Source of the DNA: Vulcanimicrobiota bacterium
GTDB taxonomy: Bacteria; Vulcanimicrobiota; Xenobia; Xenobiales; JADMJV01
Length of the DNA: 64,000 bases
Direction: 5' to 3'
Assembly (NCBI GenBank): GCA_050250895.1
Contig: JBFWNU010000005.1
Coordinates: 352,001 to 416,000, forward strand
The notes below the pieces were generated by a model. It was given only the letters and a program-made list of their open reading frames with translations. It was not told where the DNA came from and made no database searches. Made by a program: the position numbers and the translations under genes. Positions 36,904 to 49,736 of this stretch are shown here, piece after piece. Every line of letters begins with the position of its first letter. Position 1 is the stretch's first letter.

Positions 36904-39027
36904 ATGAGTTCTACCTATCGAGTCGGCATCGATGTCGGCGGCACTTTCACCCACGCCGTGGCGATCGACAACGCTACCCTTAAAGTGGTGGCCCACCACG
37001 TCACCCCCACCAGCCATTCGGCTGAAGAAGGGGTGGCTCGCGGCATTCTCGAGGCCTTTGCCAGCCTGCAACAGAAGCTGCCGGAAGGCCATCGCATCGT
37101 ATTTCTGGCCCACAGCACCACCCAGGCCACCAACGCCCTGCTCGAGGGCGATGTGGCCCGAGTGGGCATCGTGGGTCTGGGCAGCGGGCTAGAAGCCGTC
37201 AAGGCCAAAGCCGACATGGCCGTGGGTGACATCGAACTCTCGCCCGGCAAGTTCTTGCACAGCGGCCTCGAGTTTCTGGCTCCAGACGGCAATCTGACTG
37301 CGGCCATCGCTCGCCATAAAGAGGCCGGCGCCGGGGCGCTGGTGGCCGCCGAGGGGTTTTCGGTCGACGATCCCCGGGGTGAGTTGCGGATCATGGAAGC
37401 CTCTCGTCGGGCCGGCTTGCCGGCCTGCGGCACCCACGAGATGTCGGGGCTCTACGGTTTGCGGGTGCGCACTCGCACCGCCGTGCTCAACGCCAGCATC
37501 CTGCCCAAGATGATCCAGACCGCCGAGATGACCAGCGAGGCCCTGCGGCGCAAGGAAGTCGACGCGCCCTTGATGGTCATGCGCAGCGACGGGGGAGTGA
37601 TGAGTCTCGACGAGGTGCGCCGGCGGCCGGTGATGACCTTGCTTTCGGGTCCGGCGGCCGGAGTGGCCGCGGCCCTCATGTTCTTGAAGGCCAGTGATGC
37701 CATCTTTCTCGAGGTGGGCGGCACCAGCACCGATATCTGTCTGGTGAAGGACGGACGAGCCGCCGTCAAGTCGGCCAGTATCGGCGGACACCCCACCTAT
37801 CTCAAGACCCTCGACAGCCGCACCCTGGGCATTGCTGGCGGCTCGATGATCGGGCCCGGCGCTGGCGGGCTCGAGGTTGGTCCTCGCAGCGCCCACCTGG
37901 CCGGTTTTCCCTACGCAGCCTTCGCCGAACCGCTGAGCGGCCCGCTCAAGGTGGTCGAAGTGCGACCGCTGGCCGATGACCCGATCTACTTCGTGGTCGA
38001 AGACGAGAGCGGACGCCGGGTGGCTCCCACCACCACCTGTGCCGCCAACCTGCTGGGCTATATCCAGCCGGGCGACTATGCGGCCGGCAATCTCGAGGGG
38101 GTGCGAGCCGTCTTCGAGGCCCTGGCCACCAAGCTGGGGGGAAGCGCCGACGAGGTGGCCCGCCGGGTGCTTGACCGGGCGGCCGAAAAGGTGTTGCCTA
38201 CGGTCAAGCAACTGATCGACGAATACAAAGTGGGCGATCGCGCGCTCAAGCTGCTGGGGGGCGGGGGAGGGGCCGGCGCCATCGTGGCCTACCTGGCCGA
38301 AAAGATGTCACTGCCCTTCGAGATCGCCGACCGGGCCGAAGTGGTCTCGGCCATCGGGGCGGCCCTGGCCATGGTCAAAGAGACCATCGAGAAGAATATC
38401 GTCAATCCGTCCCAAGAAGACCTGGCCCAGCTGCGGGCGGCGGCCGAGAAGGCGGTGGTGGCCATGGGGGCCGACCCCTCCACCGTTGAGGTCACGGTCG
38501 AGGTCGACAGCCAGAAGAACCTGGTGCGAGCCTCGGCCACCGGCTCGGTCGAGTTCGTGGCTCAAGACCTGCTTGAGTCGGACCCCGGCCCCGAAGAGCG
38601 TTTGGCCACTCTCAAAGAGGCGGCTCCCAAAGAGCAGGCCTACACCCCTCTGGGGCAGACCGATTTCTATTACCTCTATCGCAGCGACCGGGAAGAGCGT
38701 TATCTGTTTAACCTGATGCGTCGCACCAAGAGCACCATCTGGGTGACCGATGGGCGGGGCAACGTGAAATTGCAGGTTCCCGGAGGCAAAGTGCAGCAAA
38801 CGGTGGGCGAGCGCATGCTCGACAGTCTCAAACAGGTGCTGGCTCAGCACACCCAATACGGCGACGCTGGCGCCATCATTCCGGCCGTGCATGTGGTGGC
38901 CGGACGCAAGCTAGCCGACCTCACGGCTCTGACGGCTGCCGAACAGGCGGTGGCCCTGGCTCGCGAAGAACTCAAGACCATCTCGACCGCCGAGCCCATC
39001 TACTTCCTGATTCATCCGCCCAGCTGA
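36904..39027 (+). CDS. Hydantoinase/oxoprolinase A-type protein
   Basis: GIDVGGTFT, HSTTQATNALLEG, MRSDGG, LSGPAAG, EVGGTSTD, IAGGS, SAIG. Confidence 0.93.
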   Translation: MSSTYRVGIDVGGTFTHAVAIDNATLKVVAHHVTPTSHSAEEGVARGILEAFASLQQKLPEGHRIVFLAHSTTQATNALLEGDVARVGIVGLGSGLEAVKAKADMAVGDIELSPGKFLHSGLEFLAPDGNLTAAIARHKEAGAGALVAAEGFSVDDPRGELRIMEASRRAGLPACGTHEMSGLYGLRVRTRTAVLNASILPKMIQTAEMTSEALRRKEVDAPLMVMRSDGGVMSLDEVRRRPVMTLLSGPAAGVAAALMFLKASDAIFLEVGGTSTDICLVKDGRAAVKSASIGGHPTYLKTLDSRTLGIAGGSMIGPGAGGLEVGPRSAHLAGFPYAAFAEPLSGPLKVVEVRPLADDPIYFVVEDESGRRVAPTTTCAANLLGYIQPGDYAAGNLEGVRAVFEALATKLGGSADEVARRVLDRAAEKVLPTVKQLIDEYKVGDRALKLLGGGGGAGAIVAYLAEKMSLPFEIADRAEVVSAIGAALAMVKETIEKNIVNPSQEDLAQLRAAAEKAVVAMGADPSTVEVTVEVDSQKNLVRASATGSVEFVAQDLLESDPGPEERLATLKEAAPKEQAYTPLGQTDFYYLYRSDREERYLFNLMRRTKSTIWVTDGRGNVKLQVPGGKVQQTVGERMLDSLKQVLAQHTQYGDAGAIIPAVHVVAGRKLADLTALTAAEQAVALAREELKTISTAEPIYFLIHPPS

Positions 39028-39395
39028 TGAGGGTGGTGGAACGCGCTTTAGCTCGAGTCGAGGGCGGTCCGCTCGAGGCGCTGACCGCGCGGGGGTTCGA
39101 GCTGGTGGAGGCTGACCTGCGCTACGGCCCGGTGGTCTTGCGTGGTCGCATCGACCTCAACAGCAAACGACTGACCTATGACCCCACCGTGCTCGCCGGG
39201 CTGGGCCAGGCCATGCGCTGGAAGGGGCTGGCCGGCGACCCCTTCGAGATCATGCTCGCCCACGAGCTGTTTCACCTGCTCGAGCCCGGTTGCCGCGACG
39301 AAGACCAGGCCCACGAGTTCGCGGGCCGGCTGCTGGGTCTTGATTACCATCCGCGCGAGTTAGACGCGCTGGAACGGGAGTACCGATGCCGTTAA
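39027..39395 (+). CDS. Small HExxH (zincin-like) protein
   Basis: LAHELFH..DEDQAHEFA; TGATG coupling to the upstream gene. Confidence 0.75.
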   Translation: MRVVERALARVEGGPLEALTARGFELVEADLRYGPVVLRGRIDLNSKRLTYDPTVLAGLGQAMRWKGLAGDPFEIMLAHELFHLLEPGCRDEDQAHEFAGRLLGLDYHPRELDALEREYRCR

Positions 39396-40954
39396 GAATT
39401 TTGCTGTTGATCGCTTTGCTGGGCTCGCTGGCCCAGGCCGATACGCTGCTGGTGCCCATTGACGACCGGCCTGCCAATCTGCTGTTCGTGCGGCAATTGG
39501 CCCGGGTGGGCGGAGAAGAACTGGTGGTGGCTCCTCGGCATTTGCTCGGGCGCTTCTTGCGACCTGGCGCCAGCGACACCCTGGTGGCCTGGCTCGAGGC
39601 CACGGCCCGCTCAGGCGATACGGCCTTCGTGTCGTCCGACATGCTGGCCTATGGTGGGTTGGTGGCTTCGCGCAATCGCGAAACCCCGGCCGAACTGGCC
39701 CTGACCCGCTTGAGCGTGCTCGAGCGGTTGGACGGAGTCGACCTGCAGGTCCTGGCCACTTTGCCCCGCCTGTCCTTGCGCACCTCGGACGGCCAGGCTC
39801 CCTTCGAGCGCAAGCTGGCCGAGTGGGCCACCAAGCCGGGACTCGAGCCCCCGGCCGATGTGCCCGCCGAGATCGTCGCCGAGTATCTGGCCGTGCGCCA
39901 GCGCAACCTTGGAGTTCTGCTGCGCCTGGTCGAGATGGCTCGCCAGGGCAAGCTTGCCCGGCTGGTGATCGGACAAGACGACTCGCACAAGACGGGCTTG
40001 CACCAACAAGAGCAAGAGCAGTTGCTGGCGGCTATCGATGGCGACCCGCGCATCACCTTGATTTCAGGGGTCGACGAGCTGACCATGGATATGCTGGCCG
40101 GGCATTTGCCGGGTAAGCCGGTGCCGGTGCGGGTCGTCTATTCGGATCCCGAAGCGGCCGACAAGGTGCCCCCCATCGAAAGCTTGCCCCTGGGCCAGAT
40201 GGTCGAGCAACACCTGGGGCTGGCCGGGGCCAGACCCGTAGACGACGATTCGGCCGAGGTGGACCTGTTCATCTATGTGCCCTCGGCCAAGCCGTGGAAC
40301 GTGCCGGGGGAAGAGGGCAAGCCCCCGGCCCAGGCCTTTCTCGAGCAGGTCAAGCAGGCCCAACAGGCCGGCCGGCGGGTAGCCGTGGCCGATCTGTCGC
40401 TGGTCAATCGCATGGATCCCTTCCTGGCCGAAGGGGTGCTCGAGGAGCTCGATTTGCCGAGGTTCGCGGGGTTTGCTTCCTGGAACACTCCGGCCAATAC
40501 GGTGGGCACGGTCATCGCCCAACTGGTAGCTCATCGCCGGGCCGAGACCTCGGCCTGGAACGTCTATCGTCGGCTGGAAAGCGAAAAGACCCACCAGGCC
40601 TTTCTCCTGGCGCGGATGATCGACGATTACGGCTATCAGACGCTGGTGCGCGATGCCGTGAAGGGTCAGGTGAACGGATTGCCCTCTGACCCCGACCCGT
40701 TGCTCAATCTTTATGGCCCGGTGGGAGTCGACATTCGTCTCCGTCTCATCGAGTTCGCCCGCCGCCTCTACGACGAGCATTTCAAAGGTCACGAGATCGA
40801 AGTAGCCCCACTGCCCGAAGCCTATCGCTTCGGGCGCATGGAGCTAGAAGTCGTCTTGCCGTGGCCGCGCATCTTCGAGGTCGAGGCGCGTCTAGATGTG
40901 CGCCTCGAGTCGGTTCAACGCAAGTCGACCAGCATCTCTTCAGGGATCCGGTAG
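39386..40954 (+). CDS. DUF4127 family protein with signal peptide
   Basis: VPIDDRP, DMLAYGGLVASR, GQDD, GVDE, SWNTPANTVG, DDYGYQ, LPWPRIFE. Confidence 0.85.
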   Translation: MPLRILLLIALLGSLAQADTLLVPIDDRPANLLFVRQLARVGGEELVVAPRHLLGRFLRPGASDTLVAWLEATARSGDTAFVSSDMLAYGGLVASRNRETPAELALTRLSVLERLDGVDLQVLATLPRLSLRTSDGQAPFERKLAEWATKPGLEPPADVPAEIVAEYLAVRQRNLGVLLRLVEMARQGKLARLVIGQDDSHKTGLHQQEQEQLLAAIDGDPRITLISGVDELTMDMLAGHLPGKPVPVRVVYSDPEAADKVPPIESLPLGQMVEQHLGLAGARPVDDDSAEVDLFIYVPSAKPWNVPGEEGKPPAQAFLEQVKQAQQAGRRVAVADLSLVNRMDPFLAEGVLEELDLPRFAGFASWNTPANTVGTVIAQLVAHRRAETSAWNVYRRLESEKTHQAFLLARMIDDYGYQTLVRDAVKGQVNGLPSDPDPLLNLYGPVGVDIRLRLIEFARRLYDEHFKGHEIEVAPLPEAYRFGRMELEVVLPWPRIFEVEARLDVRLESVQRKSTSISSGIR

Positions 40955-41259
40955 ACCCCCTCGGGACCGAACATGAAGAGCACGTTATCCTGGCGCAAGA
41001 ATCGGTAGGTTCCCTTGAGCTTCACGGTCACAGGGTCGGCGGCCCAGCTGGATTGGCCTTTGAAGGCCTCATTGGGCACTTCCACCAGTTTGCCGTCAGG
41101 CAGTCGGACCACCCGATGAGTCGAGGAGGTGGAGAGCACAATCGCCGGCATGATGATCTGGTCTTTGATATTCAGGTCGGCCGGTCTGGTGGCGTCGGCG
41201 GCCCAACCAGTCGAGAAAAGCGTTGCCGTGAGTGCTAGAATTGCCAGAGTGTGTCGCAT
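40915..41259 (-). CDS. Small secreted hypothetical protein
   Basis: AGGAGG RBS; signal peptide MRHTLAILALTATLFSTGWAA. Confidence 0.8.
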   Translation of the reverse strand: MRHTLAILALTATLFSTGWAADATRPADLNIKDQIIMPAIVLSTSSTHRVVRLPDGKLVEVPNEAFKGQSSWAADPVTVKLKGTYRFLRQDNVLFMFGPEGVYRIPEEMLVDLR

Positions 41260-41357
41260 GTCGACCTCCTATGGCTCTAGAATAGGCTAGAATCGCCTCC
41301 TTTACGGGCTTCTGCCGCAGCTTCGGGGGGCATCCCCGGGGATAGTTCTGGGGCGGC

Positions 41358-43070
41358 CTAGAGCCCCTGCTGCGTTTCCAACAGGCCGCGAAGATAGGCG
41401 CCCTCGTATTGCCAGAAGTCAGTCCCGATATAGGTGCCATCGTAACGGGCCAGCTCTTGATTGAAGAACTCCGGCAGGCTCATGTCGGCGGGTCGGGCTC
41501 GGTCCATGAGGTTGACGCCCGATTGGTCGGCGGTGGCCAGGGCCGTCCCGCGCAAACTGTCGAAAGGTTCGGCTCCCAGAGCCCCAGACACCTGATTGTA
41601 GGCGTAATCGGCATAGTCGGCTTGATCCAGTAGCGGGCCTGCGGCCATTCCGGCTCCCATCAGGGTCAGGCCCACCGGGTTCGCCCCGATCAAGCCGCCG
41701 GCACCACCCATGATCGGTCCTGGGACGCCTGCCCAATTGCCCTGAGTAGCCTGGTAGACCCCTGAGCCGATGGAGAGATAACCCGACAGTCGGGAGGCGC
41801 CATTGGCGAACTGGCCCAGCCTGGAAAGCTGACCGCCGAAGTTGGCCAGGCTGGCCGTTCCTGAGGCCAGGTCGGCCAGGTTGGAGGCGCCGGCCAGAAC
41901 GTCGGGGGAGCCCTGGCCGTTGCCGGTCTGAAAGGCGTTGTAGGCAAGCGCGGCGGCGTTGGTGAAGCGGCCGCCACCGTAGAGGGCTCCGGGGGCCGAG
42001 GGCAGACTGGCCGGGCTGCTCGGGTCGAGGTTTTGGATAAAGCTGTCGAGCTGGTCTTTGGGAACGCCCAGGGCCTCACCCGCCGCGGCCAGTCGCTGGT
42101 CGGCCCCCTGGGGTCGGCCGGCTCGGTCGATGCCGGCCAGCAATCCCAGGCTGTCGTCGAGTGCGTCCTTGCGCTGGCCGGTGAGGCTAGTGCTCAACTC
42201 CTGGGCCACCTGGGAATAGACGTTGTTGGTGTCCTGGCCCCGACCGAGGGAGGCCAGTCCGTCGACCAGGTCGCCGGCCCACTGCTGGCCGGTGGGAGTG
42301 TAGCCCATGGTCCTGGCCATATCTGAGTAGAAATCGGCCTGGCGGACCGGGTCCCAGTCCTGAAAGTTTTCTTTGAAGACGGGGTCATTCATCTCTTTGA
42401 TCATCTTCTGGGTGGCTGCGTCCATGGGGGCGGCCACCTGCTCGAGCTTCTGGTTGTCCTTGTCGATCAGGTTCTGGCGTTCCTCGGGGCTCATCAGTTG
42501 AGCGGTGGTGCCCTCGAGTTCGGCTTTGGCGGCCGCTTGTGCCTGGACCGCCGCGGCCTGGTCCTCGACTCCGGCCAGAGCCTGGTCAAAGTTGTCGCGA
42601 ATCGACTCGATCTGCTGATTGACCGCCGAGAATTTTTCCAGGTTGGTCGGTCCCATAGAACCTAAACCGTAGTTGTTCGTGTCGATGTCGTGTTGGATGG
42701 TTTGGACCAGCGTTTCTTGCTGTTGGGCCAGGGCATGATAGTCCTCGACTCGTTGGGTGTCTTCGGGGCTGAGCTGGTCGTCTTTGTCGTCCTGGGGAGC
42801 CTCGGGGTCCCTGGGGTCTTCACTCAAGGCGTTGGTGACGGCGTCAGCGTGGCTGCCGGGCTGGTCGGCCTCAGCCTCGGCCGCCCCCGATAGCGAGACC
42901 TGGTCGGTGGGCTCGGACCGGTTCGACTCGTGGCTCTCGCTGGTGCCGGCTTGTCCGGTTTGCCCGGTCTGTTCAGTTTGCCCGGTCTGTCCAGTACCGG
43001 CCGACTGGCTAGTGCGCGTCTCGGTGGATCGTCCAGCACCTGAGCCGCCGCCTACTCCTCCTGCTTCCAT
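41358..43070 (-). CDS. Hypothetical protein: low-complexity leader, coiled-coil middle, Gly/Ala-rich hydrophobic C-terminus
   Basis: GGTGGTG RBS, (QTG)n repeats, PTDQVSLSG motif, C-terminal GVPGPIMGGAGGLIGANPVGLTLMGAGMAAG. Confidence 0.8.
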   Translation of the reverse strand: MEAGGVGGGSGAGRSTETRTSQSAGTGQTGQTEQTGQTGQAGTSESHESNRSEPTDQVSLSGAAEAEADQPGSHADAVTNALSEDPRDPEAPQDDKDDQLSPEDTQRVEDYHALAQQQETLVQTIQHDIDTNNYGLGSMGPTNLEKFSAVNQQIESIRDNFDQALAGVEDQAAAVQAQAAAKAELEGTTAQLMSPEERQNLIDKDNQKLEQVAAPMDAATQKMIKEMNDPVFKENFQDWDPVRQADFYSDMARTMGYTPTGQQWAGDLVDGLASLGRGQDTNNVYSQVAQELSTSLTGQRKDALDDSLGLLAGIDRAGRPQGADQRLAAAGEALGVPKDQLDSFIQNLDPSSPASLPSAPGALYGGGRFTNAAALAYNAFQTGNGQGSPDVLAGASNLADLASGTASLANFGGQLSRLGQFANGASRLSGYLSIGSGVYQATQGNWAGVPGPIMGGAGGLIGANPVGLTLMGAGMAAGPLLDQADYADYAYNQVSGALGAEPFDSLRGTALATADQSGVNLMDRARPADMSLPEFFNQELARYDGTYIGTDFWQYEGAYLRGLLETQQGL

Positions 43071-43123
43071 ATCACCACCCTAATGGTCGCACAAGTAGGA
43101 TCTTGTTGAAAATGACCGTGAAT

Positions 43124-43141
43124 TGTAACAAGTTTGTATAC
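43124..43141. promoter_or_regulatory. Heptamer-N4-heptamer box
   Basis: TGTAACA-AGTT-TGTATAC, 53 nt upstream of the start at 43070; shares TGT[A/T]ACAAGTTTG with 62163. Confidence 0.45.
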
Positions 43142-43244
43142 AAAATCTGACACGAGTGTTCATAAGCGCGTTCGTTGGGGCGATCGGACGTTGCGGACGG
43201 AAATAGTTTTCCGCCACAGAAGCTGTCACCTGGGACTTACCCGA

Positions 43245-44360
43245 CTACCGTCTACCGTCTCGTCGCCGGGCCACCACCAGCACCACCACATCGTCATCCT
43301 GGAGTTCCAACGGTACCTGAGCCATCAGGACGTCGGCCAGTTCGGTCGGCTCTCCCAGGTCGGTCACCAACTCCAGCAGACGCTCCTCGCTCATGCGGGT
43401 CCCGTCGGGCTGGGGAGCCGTGGTCAGCCCATCGGTGTACCAGACCAACAGCTCACCGACAGCCAGATTCCGCCGTTCGGCCGTGATGGCCAGGTCGGTC
43501 ACGACCCCCAACGGCATCCCCGTGTTGTCCAGGCTCTGGAGCTGGCCCGACTCACCGCGGATCAAGCCGGGGTCATGGCCGGCGTTGGCAAAAATCAACT
43601 CGCCCGAGCCCAGGTCAAGCTCGGCATACAAGCAGGTCACGAACATCATGTTCGGCAGGTGGGGCTCGAGCCGGGCGTTCAGCTCTCGCAATACCTGTTC
43701 GGGGGTTCCGGCTGCGGCTGCGTCGCGCAAAGCCCCGCTGAGCAAAGCCGTCACCAGGGCGGCCGGAGGACCTTTACCCGAGACGTCGGCTATGCACAGG
43801 CGCAGCCTATCGCCCTGCTGCTTGATCTCTACGAAGTCTCCGCCGAGCCCTCGCGCGGTTCGCCGATGAAGAACGATTTCGACCCTTGGGTCGGTGGGCA
43901 GAGGTTGGTCCAAGAGGGCTGCCTGAACTCGCATGGCCGCTTCCAGGTCCAGGTTGATGCGGGCATAGGCGTGGACTAGCTCGGCCTGGCGCTCGGCCAG
44001 TTGCTGGCTGCGTTCTCGACGGGCGGCGGCGCCCACTCCTACCAGTGTCCAGAGGATCGTCCGCAGGCCCTGGTTGATCCATTCGAAATGAGGTAAGAAG
44101 CCGACCGCCAGGTTGTCGGCGAAGAGGGCCGAACCGGCGGCGAACACGGCCGTGGCCGCGGCTGCCACGCTTCCCTCGAACCAACCAACGCACAGGACGA
44201 CCAGGGCGTAGAAGACAGAAAACTGAAGGGTTAGCCCGGTCAAGTAGTCGAGCCCTGCGATGGCCGTAACCATCAGCACGTAACCCAGGCAACGTGCCCA
44301 CTGAGGCAGCGTCGAGAACTTCTGACCCAGGCTCTCGAGGAGCGTGGAAAAACGGCTCAC
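43245..44360 (-). CDS. Membrane PP2C/SpoIIE-family phosphatase
   Basis: N-terminal TM helices; LGGDF, IADVSGKG, FVTC, NAGH, YTDGL, DDVV; start GTG at 44360 inferred from the RBS. Confidence 0.93.
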   Translation of the reverse strand: MSRFSTLLESLGQKFSTLPQWARCLGYVLMVTAIAGLDYLTGLTLQFSVFYALVVLCVGWFEGSVAAAATAVFAAGSALFADNLAVGFLPHFEWINQGLRTILWTLVGVGAAARRERSQQLAERQAELVHAYARINLDLEAAMRVQAALLDQPLPTDPRVEIVLHRRTARGLGGDFVEIKQQGDRLRLCIADVSGKGPPAALVTALLSGALRDAAAAGTPEQVLRELNARLEPHLPNMMFVTCLYAELDLGSGELIFANAGHDPGLIRGESGQLQSLDNTGMPLGVVTDLAITAERRNLAVGELLVWYTDGLTTAPQPDGTRMSEERLLELVTDLGEPTELADVLMAQVPLELQDDDVVVLVVARRRDGRR

Positions 44361-44397
44361 GCACGGTGATTCCTGTCCTTTCCAGGGTGTCCTGCGA

Positions 44398-46971
<2,574 letters not shown>

Positions 46972-47171
46972 CGAGGCACCCCCTCACCAAGTCACTTTGT
47001 GATGACCTCGGGTCGACTCCTTCCCGAACCGCGTCGGCTCTCGAGCAGCACGGTGACCTTTTGGCGCCTAGCCAGCTCTTCCAGCGATCTGGCCGCGGCC
47101 ACCTCGGTGGTCTTACGCAACTAGCGGAGCGAACACAGGATCGAGTCAGCTTTTGTTGAATAAGTCTCAAG

Positions 47172-48317
47172 ATGCTGCGTCGCATTTTGTCTCCGTTGTT
47201 GTCCGCGGGTGGGTTTGCTCTAGCGCTGGTGCTGCTTCGACCGCAGCTGCAGTCGCTGCCGGGCGCACTCACCCAGACCCTGAGCTGGCTGCCCTACGCT
47301 GCCTTTGCCGTCGGCACCGTGCTGGGCTGGTATTTCCGCCGCTCGCGAGTGGCCTATCTGGGCGGGGCTCTCGCTCTGACCCTGTGGTGCCTCGAGCACC
47401 CCAGCCCCGAGCTGACGGCCCTGTTGGCGCTGCTGGTGCCGCTCAACCTGATGTTTCTGGCCTTTTTCGAAGATCGGTCGCTCGACTCGGTGTCGGGGCT
47501 GTTAGGTCTGGCCTGGTTGATGAGCCAGGTGGCTCTCACCCAGTGGCTGATGCAGCCCCTCAACTACGCCATGCTGGGCGCTCACCGGGGCGAGATGGCC
47601 ATCTTCCTGGCGGCCGTATCCACCGCTCTGTTGCTGGTGCGTTATTGGAAGATCCGCAATCCCCTCGAGTGGGGCGTGCTGGCCACCTTCGGAGCCACCA
47701 GCCTGGCGGTGCTGGCTCCTTACAGCTTGTTCGAGCAGAGATTGCTGCTGTCATTCTCGGGGCTGGCCCTGGTGGTCTCGGTGGTGCGCCTGTCGTACGG
47801 CATGGCCTATATCGACGAACTGACCGAACTGCCTGGCCGGCGAGCCCTCAACGAAGAGATGAAAGAGTTAGGTCACCGCTATGTGGTGGCCATGCTCGAC
47901 GTGGACCACTTCAAGCAGTTCAACGACACCCACGGCCACGACGTGGGCGATCAGGTGCTGCGCATGGTAGCCTCTCGCATGAAGCGCGTCGGTGGGGGAG
48001 GGCGCCCCTTCCGCTACGGAGGCGAAGAGTTCACCGTGCTCTTCCCCGGCAAGGATGTCGAGACCACCCTCGAGGCTCTCGAAGCTCTGCGCGAGTCGAT
48101 TGCCAATAGCCCGCTGGTGCTGCGTGGCGACAATCGTCCCCAGAAGAAACCCAAGACTCCGTCCCCCCAGAAGGGGCCGCGCAAGTCGGTTTCGGTCACC
48201 ATCAGTATCGGAGTGGCCGGACCAGGCGCCAAGCAAACGCCCGAGCAGGTCCTCAAAGAAGCTGACAAGGCCCTTTATCGAGCCAAGAAGAAAGGGCGTA
48301 ACTGCGTCTGCCATTAA
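47172..48317 (+). CDS. Membrane diguanylate cyclase (GGDEF)
   Basis: DELTELP, DVDHFKQFNDTHGHDVGD, RYGGEEF, ADKALYRAK. Confidence 0.96.
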   Translation: MLRRILSPLLSAGGFALALVLLRPQLQSLPGALTQTLSWLPYAAFAVGTVLGWYFRRSRVAYLGGALALTLWCLEHPSPELTALLALLVPLNLMFLAFFEDRSLDSVSGLLGLAWLMSQVALTQWLMQPLNYAMLGAHRGEMAIFLAAVSTALLLVRYWKIRNPLEWGVLATFGATSLAVLAPYSLFEQRLLLSFSGLALVVSVVRLSYGMAYIDELTELPGRRALNEEMKELGHRYVVAMLDVDHFKQFNDTHGHDVGDQVLRMVASRMKRVGGGGRPFRYGGEEFTVLFPGKDVETTLEALEALRESIANSPLVLRGDNRPQKKPKTPSPQKGPRKSVSVTISIGVAGPGAKQTPEQVLKEADKALYRAKKKGRNCVCH

Positions 48318-48337
48318 GAGTTCTCGATCCCGGTCTG

Positions 48338-49549
48338 GTGGTCTTGGTGGGCTGTTCGGGGGCGGGCAAATCGACCTTCGCCGCCCGCCATTTTCTGCCC
48401 ACCCAGATCGTCAGTTCGGACACCTGCCGAGCCCTGGTGGGCGACGACCCCAACGATCAGACGGTCACCCCCCAGGCCTTTGCTCTGGTCGACTTTCTCA
48501 TCCACCAGCGCCTCTCGCTCAAGCGCCTGACCGTGGTCGACGCCACCAGCGTCAAGCCCGAAGATCGCAAGCGGCTGCGCCTGCTGGCCAAAGAGCACGA
48601 CCTTCCGGCGGTGGCGATCGTGCTCGATGTCGACCGTGAGACGCTGCGGCGCCGTCGCCTCGAGCGTAGCGACCGCAGCGTTCCCGAGGAGGTGCTGCAG
48701 ACCCAATTTCAGACCTTGCGCGACAGCCTTTCAGGGTTGGCCAGGGAGCGGTTTAAATACACTCACCACCTCCGTCACGGATTTGATCAGGTCGAGATCC
48801 AGCGCGTGCCGCTGCGCTGCGATCGCCGTTACGACCCGGGACCGTTCGACATTATCGGCGATCTTCATGGCTGCTATCCGGAGCTGCTCGAGTTGTTGGG
48901 CAAGCTGGGTTATCAGGGCACCACCCCACCACCGGGGCGCCGGGCCTTGTTTCTGGGGGACCTGACTGACCGCGGGCCAGACTCGCCGGCCTGCCTGCGG
49001 CTGGTGATGGACATGGTCGGCCGCGGCCAGGCACTTTGTGTGCCCGGCAATCACGACGACAAGCTGGTGCGCTGGCTCAAGGGGGCCCAGCTCAAAGTCG
49101 GCCGCGGTCTCGAGACCACCGTGGCTCAACTCGAAGGCCTCGAAGATGACTTTCGCCAACAGCTACTAAGCTTCTATGAAGACCTGCCCACCCATTATGT
49201 GCTCGACGGGGGCAACCTGGTGGTGGCCCACGGAGGCATGCCCGAGCATCTCCAGGGCCGGAGCAGCGGTCGAGTGCGCTCGTTCGCCCTCTATGGGGAC
49301 ACCACGGGCAAGACCGATGCCCAGGGCTTTCCCATCCGCCGCGATTGGGCCCGCGACTACCGCGGGCAGGCGCTGGTGGTCTATGGACACACGCCCATCG
49401 AAGAGGCCCAGTTCATCAACAACACCATCAATATCGATACGGGCGCCGTTTTCGGAGGCCGCCTCACTTGCCTGCGCTACCCTGAACGAGAACTGGTGTC
49501 GGTGCCCGCCCAGCAAACCTACTATGAGCATCCTTTGGCGGAGCGGTAA
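48338..49549 (+). CDS. Polynucleotide kinase-phosphatase (Pnkp kinase + metallophosphoesterase), no ligase domain
   Basis: GCSGAGKST, SSD..R, VDAT; GDLHG, GDLTDRGP, GNHD, HGG, YGHTP, NIDTG; possible CTG start at 48302. Confidence 0.92.
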   Translation: MVLVGCSGAGKSTFAARHFLPTQIVSSDTCRALVGDDPNDQTVTPQAFALVDFLIHQRLSLKRLTVVDATSVKPEDRKRLRLLAKEHDLPAVAIVLDVDRETLRRRRLERSDRSVPEEVLQTQFQTLRDSLSGLARERFKYTHHLRHGFDQVEIQRVPLRCDRRYDPGPFDIIGDLHGCYPELLELLGKLGYQGTTPPPGRRALFLGDLTDRGPDSPACLRLVMDMVGRGQALCVPGNHDDKLVRWLKGAQLKVGRGLETTVAQLEGLEDDFRQQLLSFYEDLPTHYVLDGGNLVVAHGGMPEHLQGRSSGRVRSFALYGDTTGKTDAQGFPIRRDWARDYRGQALVVYGHTPIEEAQFINNTINIDTGAVFGGRLTCLRYPERELVSVPAQQTYYEHPLAER

Positions 49550-49660
49550 CATCCCCTCCGGTCTGCAGCGACCAAAGCGTGTTGGTAAAGGCTTCTCGGC
49601 AACGGAGGCGAGGTTCACAATGTTAACTGGATTTGAACAAGTTGTTGCCAATGACCGGGC

Positions 49661-49678
49661 GTTAACATTCTGTTCACA
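49661..49678 (+). promoter_or_regulatory. Heptamer-N4-heptamer box
   Basis: GTTAACA-TTCT-GTTCACA, 58 nt upstream of ATG 49737; further half-sites near 49613-49640. Confidence 0.45.
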
Positions 49679-49736
49679 CATTGGAGGCCCAAAACCGATT
49701 AGATTCACTCTTGGAAATCATCACGCGGGAGGCGGA

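Noticed and set aside
49176-49736. N-terminal 187 aa of track ORF 49176-50096 (likewise the extensions of 33636-35612, 23144-24166 and 36808-39027)
   Set aside because: They overlap neighbouring genes or promoter regions; RBS position and family starts favour the downstream start codons.
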